DNA of 64,000 nucleotides from Bythopirellula sp. (GTDB taxonomy: Bacteria; Planctomycetota; Planctomycetia; Pirellulales; Lacipirellulaceae): NCBI GenBank assembly GCA_965216565.1, contig OZ244170.1:3168001-3232000 (forward strand), in the 5' to 3' direction. Of this stretch, positions 9,673 to 20,066 are shown piece after piece. Position 1 is the stretch's first letter. Each line of letters opens with the position of its first letter. The notes beneath the pieces were generated by a model. That model was not told the origin of the DNA and made no database searches. It saw only the letters and a program-made list of their open reading frames with translations. Position numbers and translations under genes: made by a program.

Positions 9673-10410
9673 ATGACTGATTCAAACCGAAAACAGATTG
9701 TGCTATTTGACATTGATGGCACGCTGCTCTTGACTGGCGGAGCAGGTCAACATGCGTTTGTGGCGACGTTTCGCGAAGAGTTTCAAATTGCAGACCCCGC
9801 ACTTGGTGTCCCGTTCGCAGGGCGAAGTGATCGAGCAATTGCACAAGAGCTGATGTCAATTAATGGGTTAGAGCCGAACGAGGAAAATTGGCAGCGGTTC
9901 TTGGCCGCCTATCTTGGTCGACTGGGAAACTCCTTGGAATTCAAAGAGGGGCAGGTCCTGCCTGGAGTTGAAACCCTGCTGGATGAGCTGGCTCAATTCG
10001 ATCATGTGGCTCTGGGTTTGCTAACTGGAAATGTCGAGGCGGGGGCTCAAGCGAAACTCTCGCACTATGGGCTAGCCGATTGGTTTTCGTTCGGTGGCTT
10101 TGGCGATCACCACTCCAATCGCAACGACATCGCCAGTGCGGCACTGTCGTCTGCCCTACGACACCTGGAACTGGCGAATAACGATACCGGGCCCAGTGTT
10201 GGTGGGACGCTCGTCATCGGCGATACCATCCACGACATAACGTGTGCCCATTCCATCGGTGCCTTTGCAGTGGGCGTAGCCACGGGCAGTACCTCCGCGG
10301 AAGAATTAGCCGATGCGGGTGCTGACTTGGTACTGGAGGATTTGACTAACACTGATCAACTGTTAGCAGCGATTCAAACTCCGCAGATCTCAAAATTTAT
10401 TGAAAGCTAA
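9673..10410 (+). CDS. HAD family hydrolase (phosphoglycolate phosphatase-like)
   Basis: LFDIDGTLL, LLTGN and VIGDT..DI motifs. Confidence 0.9.
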   Translation: MTDSNRKQIVLFDIDGTLLLTGGAGQHAFVATFREEFQIADPALGVPFAGRSDRAIAQELMSINGLEPNEENWQRFLAAYLGRLGNSLEFKEGQVLPGVETLLDELAQFDHVALGLLTGNVEAGAQAKLSHYGLADWFSFGGFGDHHSNRNDIASAALSSALRHLELANNDTGPSVGGTLVIGDTIHDITCAHSIGAFAVGVATGSTSAEELADAGADLVLEDLTNTDQLLAAIQTPQISKFIES

Positions 10411-10500
10411 TCTCAATCTAAAGCGAGGAATTCACATACGATACGAAACGTGAACCACCCACTATCAATATTCTTACCCCAGGAAAGACTGAGCGCGAAC

Positions 10501-11292
10501 ATGACGCCAACCCTTACCCGTATCACGGTCTTTCCCATCAAATCCCTAGACGGCTGCGATGTGACGTACGCCGAAGTGCTCCCCTCGGGCGCACTAAAAA
10601 ATGATCGTCGCTTCGCACTGGTCGACTCCTCAGGTGGTGTCATCAATGGCAAACGTCTAGCAGCAATTCATCAAATTCGAGCTAGCTACAACTCCAATCA
10701 AAGCCGTGTTACACTTAGTTCCAAGGAAAACCAACAGGCCTTTTCACTCCCTGAGCAACAAGAAGAACTCGCGGCCTGGTGTAGCGATTTCTTACACTTT
10801 GATTGCCGGTTGATTGAAAACCAAGAAATGGGCTTTCCGGACGACGTTGAATCTCCCGGACCAACAGTTTTGAGCCAGGGAAGTTTGCAATCCGTTAGTG
10901 AGTGGTATAACCAATTAACGGTGGAAAAAACTCGGCGACGCCTGCGGGCCAACCTGGAGGTTTCTGCCGAGGAGCCTTTCTGGGAAGATCAGTTAGTCGG
11001 CCCTCCCGGAGAAGACCGTACATTTCAAATAGGCCCGGCCGTTTGGAAAGGCGAAGCCATATGCCAGCGTTGTGTGGTGCCTGCGCGGAATCCTGAGACG
11101 GGAGAAACGATCGCCAAATTCTCGAAAAAATTTGCTGCCAACCGCTTAGAAACACTACCCATGTGGTCGCCTCGCGAGCATTTTGACCACTACTACCGAC
11201 TTGGGATAAATACGAGCTTGGTTTCTCTCGCGTCGGAGGACACAATCGAGATAGGCGACGAAGTAAGACCGCTGGAGAAAATTGGCTCTTGA
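10501..11292 (+). CDS. MOSC domain protein
   Basis: VFPIKSLDG, DRRFAL, RRLRANL, FWED and CQRCVVP.R.P.TG motifs. Confidence 0.88.
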   Translation: MTPTLTRITVFPIKSLDGCDVTYAEVLPSGALKNDRRFALVDSSGGVINGKRLAAIHQIRASYNSNQSRVTLSSKENQQAFSLPEQQEELAAWCSDFLHFDCRLIENQEMGFPDDVESPGPTVLSQGSLQSVSEWYNQLTVEKTRRRLRANLEVSAEEPFWEDQLVGPPGEDRTFQIGPAVWKGEAICQRCVVPARNPETGETIAKFSKKFAANRLETLPMWSPREHFDHYYRLGINTSLVSLASEDTIEIGDEVRPLEKIGS

Positions 11293-12917
11293 GTGAAGTT
11301 ACCGACATCCACGATTCCCTCGCTCCATTACCCTCGGTGAGGAATCGACGGCATTGGTCGTTTGTCCAGCGACACGGGTTGCTGCTCGTTGGAATTTCGC
11401 CGATTCTCGCGAATCTGATTGGCAGCGTGTTCAACATTCTGTTCAATCAAACTCAGATTGAACCCATGCTGTCGCCTGCGCAGCTCAATCGGTTTCACGC
11501 CTGCTGGCAAGTTTACAATCTGGTAGTCTATCCGCTGGCCATCCTTTGCTGGATGTTGCCGCTGCTGTGGCTGAGGCCCATCCATAGAAAGCTGCTCGAC
11601 GGCGAGCCCGTTGATCCTGATCAGTTGGCAACCGCGCAGCGCTACGTAGTGAATCTCCCGTGGTGGTTCACAGCAATCGCGAGTGTCGGCTGGCTCAGTT
11701 GCATACCTGTCTTCCCCGCCGCGCTCAAAGCGGTGCCGGAACCTCTCGATTCCAGCGTCGTCTGGCAATTGATTGCTTCGTTTGTGACAGCGTCGCTGAT
11801 CGCCATTACCCACAGTTTCTTTTCGGTAGAGATTGCCAGCGAGAAGGCGCTGTTTCCAATCTTCTTTCGCACGGAGAACCCCGCGCACACACCTGGGGCC
11901 CTGCCACTCGGGATTATGGGCCACGGCATCTTCTGGGTTGTCTCGGCGGTGATCAGCCCAGTCGCGTCGCTGATGCTCTTGATCATGATCCCCCACGCCA
12001 CGGCCAAGTGGACCATGTTCCCCGTGGCGGTTGGCCTAGTGGCGATTGTCTACGGAATTGTCTCAGGAGTGATGATTAGCCGAAAATACGAGCTACCGGT
12101 TCGCCATCTCCGCAAGGCCGCCCGCCGCATCGCCAACGGCGATCTGGATGTCCGTGTAAATCTGCTGCGTGCCGACGACTTCGGACCCTTAATCGAACGT
12201 TTTAATTTGATGGTCGAAGGGCTGCGAGAGAAAGAACACCTGCAGGAAACGTTCGGTTGCCATGTCGGCAAAGAGGCAGCTCGACATATTCTCGAGCAAG
12301 AGAATAGTCTGGTAGGCAAGGAATCAGAAATCTCCGTCATGTTTGTCGACGTGCGGAATTTTACCGATCACTCGTCGAAACACACCCCGCAAGAGGTCGT
12401 CACGGCGCTGAATGTGTTTTTCACCAAAGCAGTAGAGATCATCGAAGAGCATGGCGGAATGGTGAACAAATTCTTGGGTGATGGCTTCATGGCCCTGTTC
12501 GGCATTGGGGACGAAAGCACCAATCACGCCGCTAGGGCTGTGGAAGCTGGGCTGGCCATGCTCGACTGCCTGGAAGGGGCCAACGACGAATTGGAGCAGG
12601 CCGGATGGTCAAATTTCCGTATTGGAATCGGACTCAACACCGGGCCTGCTATCGTCGGGAGTATCGGTTCTCCCAAACGGCAAGAATACACTGCTATCGG
12701 CGACACCGTGAACATCGCGGCGCGGGTCGAGGCGCTGACTAAGACCGTGGGCCACTACTTCCTGATCACAGAGGCTACCCGGCACCAACTTAGTGGCGAG
12801 ACATCTCTTATCCCCCTACCTCCACAGCAGGTAAAAGGGAAATCCGATAGCCTACTGGTATTTGCCGTGGCCACGAATACGGCCACCGAAGTAAAAGCCA
12901 AGGAACCAGCGCGTTGA
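11289..12917 (+). CDS. Membrane-bound class III adenylate/guanylate cyclase with HAMP domain
   Basis: About 6 TM helices, then HAMP (PVRHL..AARRIANGDL...DDFG.L...FN.M), then cyclase motifs FVDVRNFT, NKFLGDG and AIGDTVNIAARVE. 4-nt overlap with the MOSC gene. Confidence 0.93.
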   Translation: MSEVTDIHDSLAPLPSVRNRRHWSFVQRHGLLLVGISPILANLIGSVFNILFNQTQIEPMLSPAQLNRFHACWQVYNLVVYPLAILCWMLPLLWLRPIHRKLLDGEPVDPDQLATAQRYVVNLPWWFTAIASVGWLSCIPVFPAALKAVPEPLDSSVVWQLIASFVTASLIAITHSFFSVEIASEKALFPIFFRTENPAHTPGALPLGIMGHGIFWVVSAVISPVASLMLLIMIPHATAKWTMFPVAVGLVAIVYGIVSGVMISRKYELPVRHLRKAARRIANGDLDVRVNLLRADDFGPLIERFNLMVEGLREKEHLQETFGCHVGKEAARHILEQENSLVGKESEISVMFVDVRNFTDHSSKHTPQEVVTALNVFFTKAVEIIEEHGGMVNKFLGDGFMALFGIGDESTNHAARAVEAGLAMLDCLEGANDELEQAGWSNFRIGIGLNTGPAIVGSIGSPKRQEYTAIGDTVNIAARVEALTKTVGHYFLITEATRHQLSGETSLIPLPPQQVKGKSDSLLVFAVATNTATEVKAKEPAR

Positions 12918-13134
12918 GTTGAATAGGTGCGGCTGTGAACGTTTAGCCAGGAATTCAAAACAGCACTTATTGGCTGAACTCTGCAAACTCTCTGCGATCA
13001 GCAGCCATTCGGTAACCGCTAAACTTTACCTGACCGGTGTTTGCGGAAAAACGCTGGCAACTCCTGCCCACAGCATATCCCGCATCACGATAACAACTGC
13101 ATCCAGCGCGATTACATCCCTTGCAGCGGTTATC

Positions 13135-14499
13135 ATGCATATGCGGTTCATTGCTATCACCTTCTGTTTTTCTATGGTCTTAGGGATTGCGGGGTGCCGC
13201 TGTCCGTCGGGCTGCTGTGTGCCAGGCACGCCGACTATGCCGTGCCACGAGAACTGGGCTGAATTGGACCCCACACCACCTAACTTGGTGGAACTGGTTT
13301 CTGCCAATACAGAGCTTATCCCCCTGCCCTCGCCGATGGAGACCTTCCAACTGCTCAGCCCGGGGAGTTGCCAATGTATGGCCGCCACGAATGCACCGAT
13401 CGCCAACATGGTTGAACTAGAACGGCATTGGGCCCAAGTGGTCATCGAGTGCGATACCAAAGCGGTTCGTGAGAACTACTGCCTGGATCGCGATTTGCTT
13501 TCGCTTCACGCCAACGAAGTCCGCAACGAGTCGGCTGCCGCTGCCCTTAACGCCTTCTATCAGTTGGCTGGACTGGAAGCAAAGCAGCACTACCTACGTC
13601 TAGCGACCGAGGAATCGGGCCGCACGCTAGAACGAGTCGACAACCTTCGCGAGAAGGATATCAAGCTACCCGAAGGCGTCGATTATGGTGGAGTCGAAAC
13701 GCAGGTTCACGATCTTCGGGACCGACAGTTTCAGCTCGAGTACTCACGCATTCAACTCAATGGCCAATTGCAAAAGCTGATTGATTGTCCGCTAGACGAG
13801 TTCAAATTCTATTGGCCTGAGATCTCTTGGGAAGCAGACCTAGAGGCCGTGGATGTGGAAACGGAGGTCGCCTACGGTTTGTCCAATCGCCCCGACATCC
13901 GTGGCTTGCAGCTGCTAATGTGCAAGATGAAGAGAGTTACCCTGCCCGTGGCACGTGCCGTGCTATCGTATGCCGATGGCGTGATTGGTTCGGTCGAGCC
14001 TCGCGATGGGATCCGCCATATCATTCGCTGTTTCCGCTGCAACGCGACGGAAGTCCCTGTTCGCTGCCGCCAGCTGGCGATCTTCTATACCGATACCGAA
14101 ACGAAGGCCACCGCTGAGATCAAGAGTGCCGCTTACAACATTGCACTTCAACAACAACGCGTTGCCAATTCGCAATCGACGGTCGACAAACTCCGCAGTC
14201 GCGAACAAGAGCTAACTGACAAACGAAATGTGGAAAACGTTGCCGTCTTTGAAATTGCCAAAGCTCGGGGCGACCTTTACCGCGCAGAAATCGACTTGAT
14301 CGAACACGTCGTCGCCCTCAAGATGGCCCGGGTGGAACTCAAGCGGGCTCAAGGCGTATTGGCCATGGAATGCGGCTTTATCCCCCAACTCTGCTGCGAA
14401 GACGGTTGCTGCGACGGCGACTGCTGCCAATGCAGCACCAAAAGCCGCTGCACCGCAAGCTGCAACAAGTGCAGCAAGAAGAAGTGCGTATGCGACTGA
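13135..14499 (+). CDS. TolC/outer-membrane-efflux-like lipoprotein with Cys-rich termini
   Basis: Lipobox-like LGIAGC; long amphipathic helices; 'GLSNRPDI' and 'EIKSAAYNIALQQQRV' resemble OEP repeats; lies next to a MacB-type exporter. Start moved from 12919 to 13135/13141. Confidence 0.6.
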   Translation: MHMRFIAITFCFSMVLGIAGCRCPSGCCVPGTPTMPCHENWAELDPTPPNLVELVSANTELIPLPSPMETFQLLSPGSCQCMAATNAPIANMVELERHWAQVVIECDTKAVRENYCLDRDLLSLHANEVRNESAAAALNAFYQLAGLEAKQHYLRLATEESGRTLERVDNLREKDIKLPEGVDYGGVETQVHDLRDRQFQLEYSRIQLNGQLQKLIDCPLDEFKFYWPEISWEADLEAVDVETEVAYGLSNRPDIRGLQLLMCKMKRVTLPVARAVLSYADGVIGSVEPRDGIRHIIRCFRCNATEVPVRCRQLAIFYTDTETKATAEIKSAAYNIALQQQRVANSQSTVDKLRSREQELTDKRNVENVAVFEIAKARGDLYRAEIDLIEHVVALKMARVELKRAQGVLAMECGFIPQLCCEDGCCDGDCCQCSTKSRCTASCNKCSKKKCVCD

Positions 14500-14584
14500 G
14501 CATTATCTGACGATTTAGTTCGGCCGCCGGCAGTGCGTTGCATCGCTGCTCGATGCTCTTCACTTTGGGGTCTCAACTTCCCCG

Positions 14585-15730
14585 CTACTGCCGGTTGAAC
14601 AGTGCTTGGCGGAGTTCTTCTTCGAACGTCGCGCTTTTCTCCAACACGGCGCGGAAGTCGTTTTTTCCAAGTGCATAGAAAATAGCTTTTTCGCTGGCCA
14701 CAATTGTGGCGTTGCGTGGCTCTTCGGTAATGAGAGCTGCTTCGCCGAAGTACTGGCCCTTGTCCAGGTGGGCGACCTTTTTCTCCTGGGCACCGTCATC
14801 GACCACCACGTCGACGCTCCCGTCGCGAATCAAGTAGAACAACTCGCCCGGATCGCCCTGACGAATCACAACGTCCCCCTCGTCGGCTTCGTGTACCATC
14901 ATCTTGTCGGCAATCTCAGAGATCGTGCCCGGCGTGAGATCCGAGAACAGTGGGAAACCCTTTAGGAACTCGCAAATCACCGAGGTTTCTTGCACAGCCA
15001 CGTCCGACTTGATACGGCCATCGACCATATTCACAATCCGGTCGGCCACGTCGAGAATACGATTGTCGTGGGTGACCATGATAATCGTCGCCCCTTCGTC
15101 ACGGGCGAGTTCCTGGAACAGCGTCACGACCTCGCGGCCCGATTTCTCGTCTAACGCGGCCGTCGGTTCGTCGGCTAAAATCAACCTCGGCTTGTGAACT
15201 AGCCCCCGCGCTATGGCAACACGTTGCTTCTGTCCGCCAGAAAGCGATTTGGGTTTGTAATGCACACGTTCTCCCAATCCGAGACGTGTGAGCAGCGACT
15301 TAATTCGGCCATCGGCAATGCTGGGGTCGAGTCCAACCAACTCAGCCGCCATGTTGACGTTTTGATAGGCCGTGAGCGATTCGAACAAATTGTGCGCTTG
15401 AAAAATAAAGCCAAGTTCACGTCGCAATCGGACGATCATGTCGCGGTCTGCTCCACACAACTCATTGCCGAGCACCTTGAGGCTGCCTTCCTGAACGGTA
15501 CGCAACGTGCCGATTAGCGTGAGCAAGGTAGTTTTGCCCGAACCGGAGGGCCCCGTCATGATGACGATCTCGCCGCGGCGCACTTCCAGATTGTTGCTAA
15601 ACAGAGCCTGCTTGCGCAAGTCGCCTTCGCCAAAGAAGTGATTAACGTTCTGTACCTTGACGGTCTTGGGCAATTGCATGCCCTCGCCAAAAGCGCCACT
15701 AGTTGCAGGTATGGTGGTTTGAGAATCCAT
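14585..15730 (-). CDS. devA: DevA/LolD-type ABC ATPase fused to a C-terminal cyclic-nucleotide-binding domain
   Basis: Walker A GPSGSGKT, LSGGQKQR, ILADEPT and VTHD; then IRQGDPG..FYLI..G.V.V...G.YFGEAAL..EPRNAT. Confidence 0.9.
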   Translation of the reverse strand: MDSQTTIPATSGAFGEGMQLPKTVKVQNVNHFFGEGDLRKQALFSNNLEVRRGEIVIMTGPSGSGKTTLLTLIGTLRTVQEGSLKVLGNELCGADRDMIVRLRRELGFIFQAHNLFESLTAYQNVNMAAELVGLDPSIADGRIKSLLTRLGLGERVHYKPKSLSGGQKQRVAIARGLVHKPRLILADEPTAALDEKSGREVVTLFQELARDEGATIIMVTHDNRILDVADRIVNMVDGRIKSDVAVQETSVICEFLKGFPLFSDLTPGTISEIADKMMVHEADEGDVVIRQGDPGELFYLIRDGSVDVVVDDGAQEKKVAHLDKGQYFGEAALITEEPRNATIVASEKAIFYALGKNDFRAVLEKSATFEEELRQALFNRQ

Positions 15731-15820
15731 GGTCAGGCTGGAGGCTTGAGTCTATAGGCTTTGTGATAGTAAGTATTAAACAATGGGACCCAAGGCCTAA
15801 AGCCTCCGGTCTCGAGTCTA

Positions 15821-17014
15821 TTAAAACAGGCTAGCTGGATCGGCGGCCAGTAGCTTTCGTACCGCCAGCATTCCTGAGGCGGTACACATGGCCATCGTTG
15901 TTAGTAGTACTCCGAATACACTGTGGCGAGTCATTTCCATGAGCAGGCCTGTTTGCCCTCCGAGCCAAGTATAAAGTCCTTGGCTGGCAATCATTCCGGG
16001 GATAAATCCGATGAGTGCCAGCAGCAATGCTTCAAAAACGATTAGCAAGATAAAGTACTTGGTCGAGTAGCCCATCGCTTTCAGCGTCGCAAACTCAGGA
16101 AGGTGGTCGGTAATGTCTGAGTAAATCACCTGGTAGCAAATCACCATCCCGACAACAAAGCCAATGATCTTGCCAGCCATGAAGATGGTTCCGATTGGTG
16201 TACTCTTGTCCCAAAAGCGAACTTCCTTCTCCAGATATTCTTGTCGCTTCAAAACCAGCACGTCCTTGCTGAGAGTCTTCCGAAGAGTTTCTTGCACTTC
16301 GTCCACCGAGTATTCATCCTTCACGTGAACAATGCCAATGTCGACTACACTCAAAGGGTCGCCAAACCGTTTGCGGTGCGGGTAGTAACGTGCGAAGTTC
16401 TCGGCACTCATCACCAGGTTGCCATCGTGGGCGAAATCGGTTCCCATCTCGAAGGTGCCCACCAGCGAGACTCTTTTGCCGGCCAACTCCACGTTCTCTG
16501 CCGCGAGCGCTGACGGATCTTTCATTTTGAAGGGGAAGTTCTTCTCTTTGCTCTTGGAATCAATTAGCGCGGTACCGGGCGCACTTAGGAACGGCGTTTG
16601 ACGTACAATGTCTCTCGATTTGAAAATTGGCGCCCCTAGAGGAAAGCCAATCGAACGAATCGGGTAGCCTCGGTTTCCGACACCGCGTTTCATTTTGCGG
16701 AGCACAGAGGTTGTGAGCTCCGAGTAGATTGGATAAGCCCCCTCTACGCCTGGGCAAGACCTAGCCTGCAAGACTCGGTCGATGGGAAATCGCTTTTCGG
16801 CGGCCAGGGTAAACTTGGCCTTGTTGACGATGAAGATGTCGCCCCGCACGTCGCTCAGCATTTTCACCTGGCTATCGAAAAGAGCATTCTGAAAGCCAAC
16901 CTGGGAAAACATCAGCAGCACCGCAAACGCAATACCGGCCAGCGCAATCACCAGCCGCCGCCAGTCGTGCGTCAGATTCTTCCAAGCCAGTGGTGTTTTG
17001 CGTTTTCCGAACAT
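15821..17014 (-). CDS. devC: DevC/FtsX-like ABC exporter permease (copy 2)
   Basis: KTPLAWKNL, FSQVGF, YQVIYSDITDHLPEFATLKAMGY and RKL..ADPASLF. Confidence 0.88.
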   Translation of the reverse strand: MFGKRKTPLAWKNLTHDWRRLVIALAGIAFAVLLMFSQVGFQNALFDSQVKMLSDVRGDIFIVNKAKFTLAAEKRFPIDRVLQARSCPGVEGAYPIYSELTTSVLRKMKRGVGNRGYPIRSIGFPLGAPIFKSRDIVRQTPFLSAPGTALIDSKSKEKNFPFKMKDPSALAAENVELAGKRVSLVGTFEMGTDFAHDGNLVMSAENFARYYPHRKRFGDPLSVVDIGIVHVKDEYSVDEVQETLRKTLSKDVLVLKRQEYLEKEVRFWDKSTPIGTIFMAGKIIGFVVGMVICYQVIYSDITDHLPEFATLKAMGYSTKYFILLIVFEALLLALIGFIPGMIASQGLYTWLGGQTGLLMEMTRHSVFGVLLTTMAMCTASGMLAVRKLLAADPASLF

Positions 17015-17022
17015 TCGTTTTC

Positions 17023-18285
17023 TTAGAATAAATCGACGGGGTCGGCTTGAAACAGTTTCCTCAGCGCCCCCAAACCCGATATCACGCACATGAAGACAGC
17101 CAGCACAAAGACGAGCAACATAATCTGCCAGGTCATTGTCATGGGCATCCCCGACGCAAATTCAACAACTTCGTACAGTACGAGCGACAGCAACAAAGAT
17201 GGGATATAGCCCACAATGGCTAACATCACTGCTTGCTGCAATACAACCTTCGTCAGGTACTTGTTGCTGTAGCCAATTGCTTTGAGTGTGGCATACTCGC
17301 TCATCATGTTTTCGATATCTGTCGACAGCACCTGATAAACAATCGCCACGCCAACAAACACGGCGACCCACACGCTAAGAGTGAAAATTTGTCCTAACGG
17401 CGTTTCCGAAACCCAACGATAAGTTTCACGTTCATTGACAGTCGCACGAGTCAAGATTTCCACGTCGGTGTTGGTAAGTTCCACCGGATCGTAGTCCGAC
17501 TCTTCAATGCCTTCCTCCGCCAAGGCAGGGACGCCAAAGATTTTTTCCAACTTGGCTTTTACCGCCAGTGCTTGGCTAGGATCCTTGAGCTTAATCAGCC
17601 CGAAGTTGACATCTTCCAGGGTTTGCCAGGGGCAGGCGCGGATATACCCTTCGGGGCTGGCCAGGCAGGCGCCGTTGCTCGCCATGCCGGTGCCCAATTC
17701 AAAGAGTCCGACGATCCGCACGCGACTCGGTCCGAGCGTAGTTTCGACACCGATATCTTTGCGAGTAAACTTGTGTTGTTTTGGCCCATACTCGGGTTTT
17801 GATTTTGTATCGACCAGCACAAAGCGCGGGTCCGTGAGTAGCTTTGCCTGATTGCGGATGTGCTTGCGTGAAAAGGCCGGATCGTGGGGATCGGTGCCCA
17901 TGGTGATAATTCCCCGCCACTGACCGGCCGGGTCTTCGTCATCCCGCGAGTCGTACTCCACGGGTAGAGCATTCTCGATCGGGGCTTGCCATTCACTCAA
18001 GCCCAGATAGAACGGTCGAGCATGTTCGACTTCCGGCAGTGAGGCCGCCTGAAAAATACGACTCCGCGAGAAGTAGCGTGGTTCCGTCAGATGCAAATAC
18101 GCGGGCGACCTAAGCATAAGATCGAATTCGAGTGCGTCATAAATTTGCGTTGCAGTGCTGGCAACGCCCCCGAGAAAACCCATCTGCATGAAGATCAGAA
18201 TTACCGCAAAACCCACGCCAGCCACGCCCACTAGGGTGCGGACCTTGTTATGCGAGAGATTCTTCCAGGCTAGTGGGGTTTTCAT
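17023..18285 (-). CDS. devC: DevC/FtsX-like ABC exporter permease (copy 1)
   Basis: KTPLAWKNL, FMQMGF, YQVLSTDI....EYATLKAIGY and RKL.QADPVDLF. Confidence 0.88.
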   Translation of the reverse strand: MKTPLAWKNLSHNKVRTLVGVAGVGFAVILIFMQMGFLGGVASTATQIYDALEFDLMLRSPAYLHLTEPRYFSRSRIFQAASLPEVEHARPFYLGLSEWQAPIENALPVEYDSRDDEDPAGQWRGIITMGTDPHDPAFSRKHIRNQAKLLTDPRFVLVDTKSKPEYGPKQHKFTRKDIGVETTLGPSRVRIVGLFELGTGMASNGACLASPEGYIRACPWQTLEDVNFGLIKLKDPSQALAVKAKLEKIFGVPALAEEGIEESDYDPVELTNTDVEILTRATVNERETYRWVSETPLGQIFTLSVWVAVFVGVAIVYQVLSTDIENMMSEYATLKAIGYSNKYLTKVVLQQAVMLAIVGYIPSLLLSLVLYEVVEFASGMPMTMTWQIMLLVFVLAVFMCVISGLGALRKLFQADPVDLF

Positions 18286-18339
18286 TTTGTCGCATCGCCG
18301 TCGTGCCTATCAGAGCGGGCCCCTGATCGTCCGATGTAT

Positions 18340-19686
18340 TTACTCAGATTTGTTGTCTGACGAGGAGGTATCTTCTACTTTTTGTGTGGTGCCCTGCTTT
18401 TGATCTGTGTCTTCGTCAAATTCGACCGTCACGTCCATGCCGACAAAAGCCTTGGCGTGGTCAACTGCAGCAGGATCATCGATCGCTATTCGCACTTCGA
18501 CCACACTGCGATCCGCAGGGGCAAGTGGATTTCGGCTTTGCACGCCCGGTGGAGCTATGATTCTGCCAATGCGTTTCACGGTTCCTCGCATTCCTCCGCC
18601 GCGCTTCCCCGTTTTCTCATCCAAAGGTCCATCGGCGAACTTTCCGGAGAACGAGGGACTACGAATTGTGACCCCCTGCTCTTTCTGTAGTTCTTTGACA
18701 TCTGCCTCGTACACCTCGGCTATACAAATCATTGAACGCAGATCTCCAACTTGAACGATCGGAGTTTGTGTAATAAATTCTCCCGGCCGCAGAAATACCT
18801 TCAGCACCGTGTAGGGACGCTCGTCGGTTGCCTGCTGATCGTCTTCTTCAGGGTGATCTCGCTTGCATTCAATGTCGAGCACGTTGTCGAGTTCTTTGGC
18901 CGGAACATGGGGCGAGAGCAAAACCGAGCGCTTCAGCGTTTCTTCCGCCACTGCAATTTCTTGCTCAATCGCCATGGTGTCGAAACCCTTCTTAAGCTGT
19001 TTCTCACTCAGTTCGGCAACCTGGATGTTCTCCTCCGCAGCCTTGACAGCCTTGGCCGCAGCTTCCTTGGCAGACTCCAATCTTTCGGCAGCGATCTTTT
19101 GCTCTTGCTTCGCCAGGTCCATTTCGTTCTTCTTCTTGGCCAATTGATGCGGGTTGACCAAGTCGGGATCAGCCTGGCTCAATTCGTACATGCGCTGATG
19201 CTCGGCACTGGCGAGTTTGCTGGCCTCCTTGAGAAGGTCAAGCTTCTCTTCCTGCAAAGGTAAAGCCGACTGCTTGGCTTCAGCCTCTGCCTTGGCTGCT
19301 TCAGCTTGGGCTCGTTGGGCTTTGATCATCTGAAGATCTTGTGCCCTTTTCTTGCTAGCGAGATCGAGCTTTGTCTTCAGAGCGTGCAGCTGAGCACGGC
19401 CCAGATCGTAGCTGGCGAGTAAGCCGAGTATTCCATTGGCGGGCACAAGAGCATTCTCTTTGACGTCGGCATCCAGCTTTTGCAAACGCTCACCGGGAAT
19501 TGCACTAATCGAAATGATGCCTCCCGCTGGCTCTAGTCGGCCAAGTGCGTACACGGAGCGGGGCACATCGTCGGTCGAAGCTTCTTTTCCACCACCTAGA
19601 AATTGACTATCGCAACCTGCTAGGAAACTCAGAGGAAGAAGTAGTGCGGTTAAATTCCTGCGTGTAGGACGGTGGCCCATGCGCAT
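18340..19686 (-). CDS. devB: DevB/HlyD family membrane fusion protein (lipoprotein)
   Basis: LAGC lipobox; VYALGRLEP.GGII.I, long coiled coil, AEVYEADV and DRSVVEVRI. Confidence 0.85.
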   Translation of the reverse strand: MRMGHRPTRRNLTALLLPLSFLAGCDSQFLGGGKEASTDDVPRSVYALGRLEPAGGIISISAIPGERLQKLDADVKENALVPANGILGLLASYDLGRAQLHALKTKLDLASKKRAQDLQMIKAQRAQAEAAKAEAEAKQSALPLQEEKLDLLKEASKLASAEHQRMYELSQADPDLVNPHQLAKKKNEMDLAKQEQKIAAERLESAKEAAAKAVKAAEENIQVAELSEKQLKKGFDTMAIEQEIAVAEETLKRSVLLSPHVPAKELDNVLDIECKRDHPEEDDQQATDERPYTVLKVFLRPGEFITQTPIVQVGDLRSMICIAEVYEADVKELQKEQGVTIRSPSFSGKFADGPLDEKTGKRGGGMRGTVKRIGRIIAPPGVQSRNPLAPADRSVVEVRIAIDDPAAVDHAKAFVGMDVTVEFDEDTDQKQGTTQKVEDTSSSDNKSE

Positions 19687-20066
19687 GGTTTCGTTCTCGT
19701 TTTGTAAAGGGAGTCTTGCTTATTGAATAATCGAAGGAAATCTACTAATCGTACCTTGCGCCAACCGCCAAGCCGGGCTTTTGGGACGAGAATTCCTGGA
19801 TTCGTCTTCATCTGAGCTGCAAGCAATCAGCCATCCCCGCTTGCTGCGATCAAGACTACTTTATTCAATATAATCAGAATCACTGGGCCCATGAACCGAA
19901 ATCGTCCTGGTTGGCGGGTAGTCTTTGCACTTTCCTAGCTTTTCGGTTCGCATCATTCGTATTGCCTGAATGGTCTGATACTGGGTAGAGTTGACCCTCG
20001 CATGAGCAGCGGCTTAGGACTGCTGGTTTTCTTGCAGCGATAATCTCCAACAGGCAGATAGACAAT

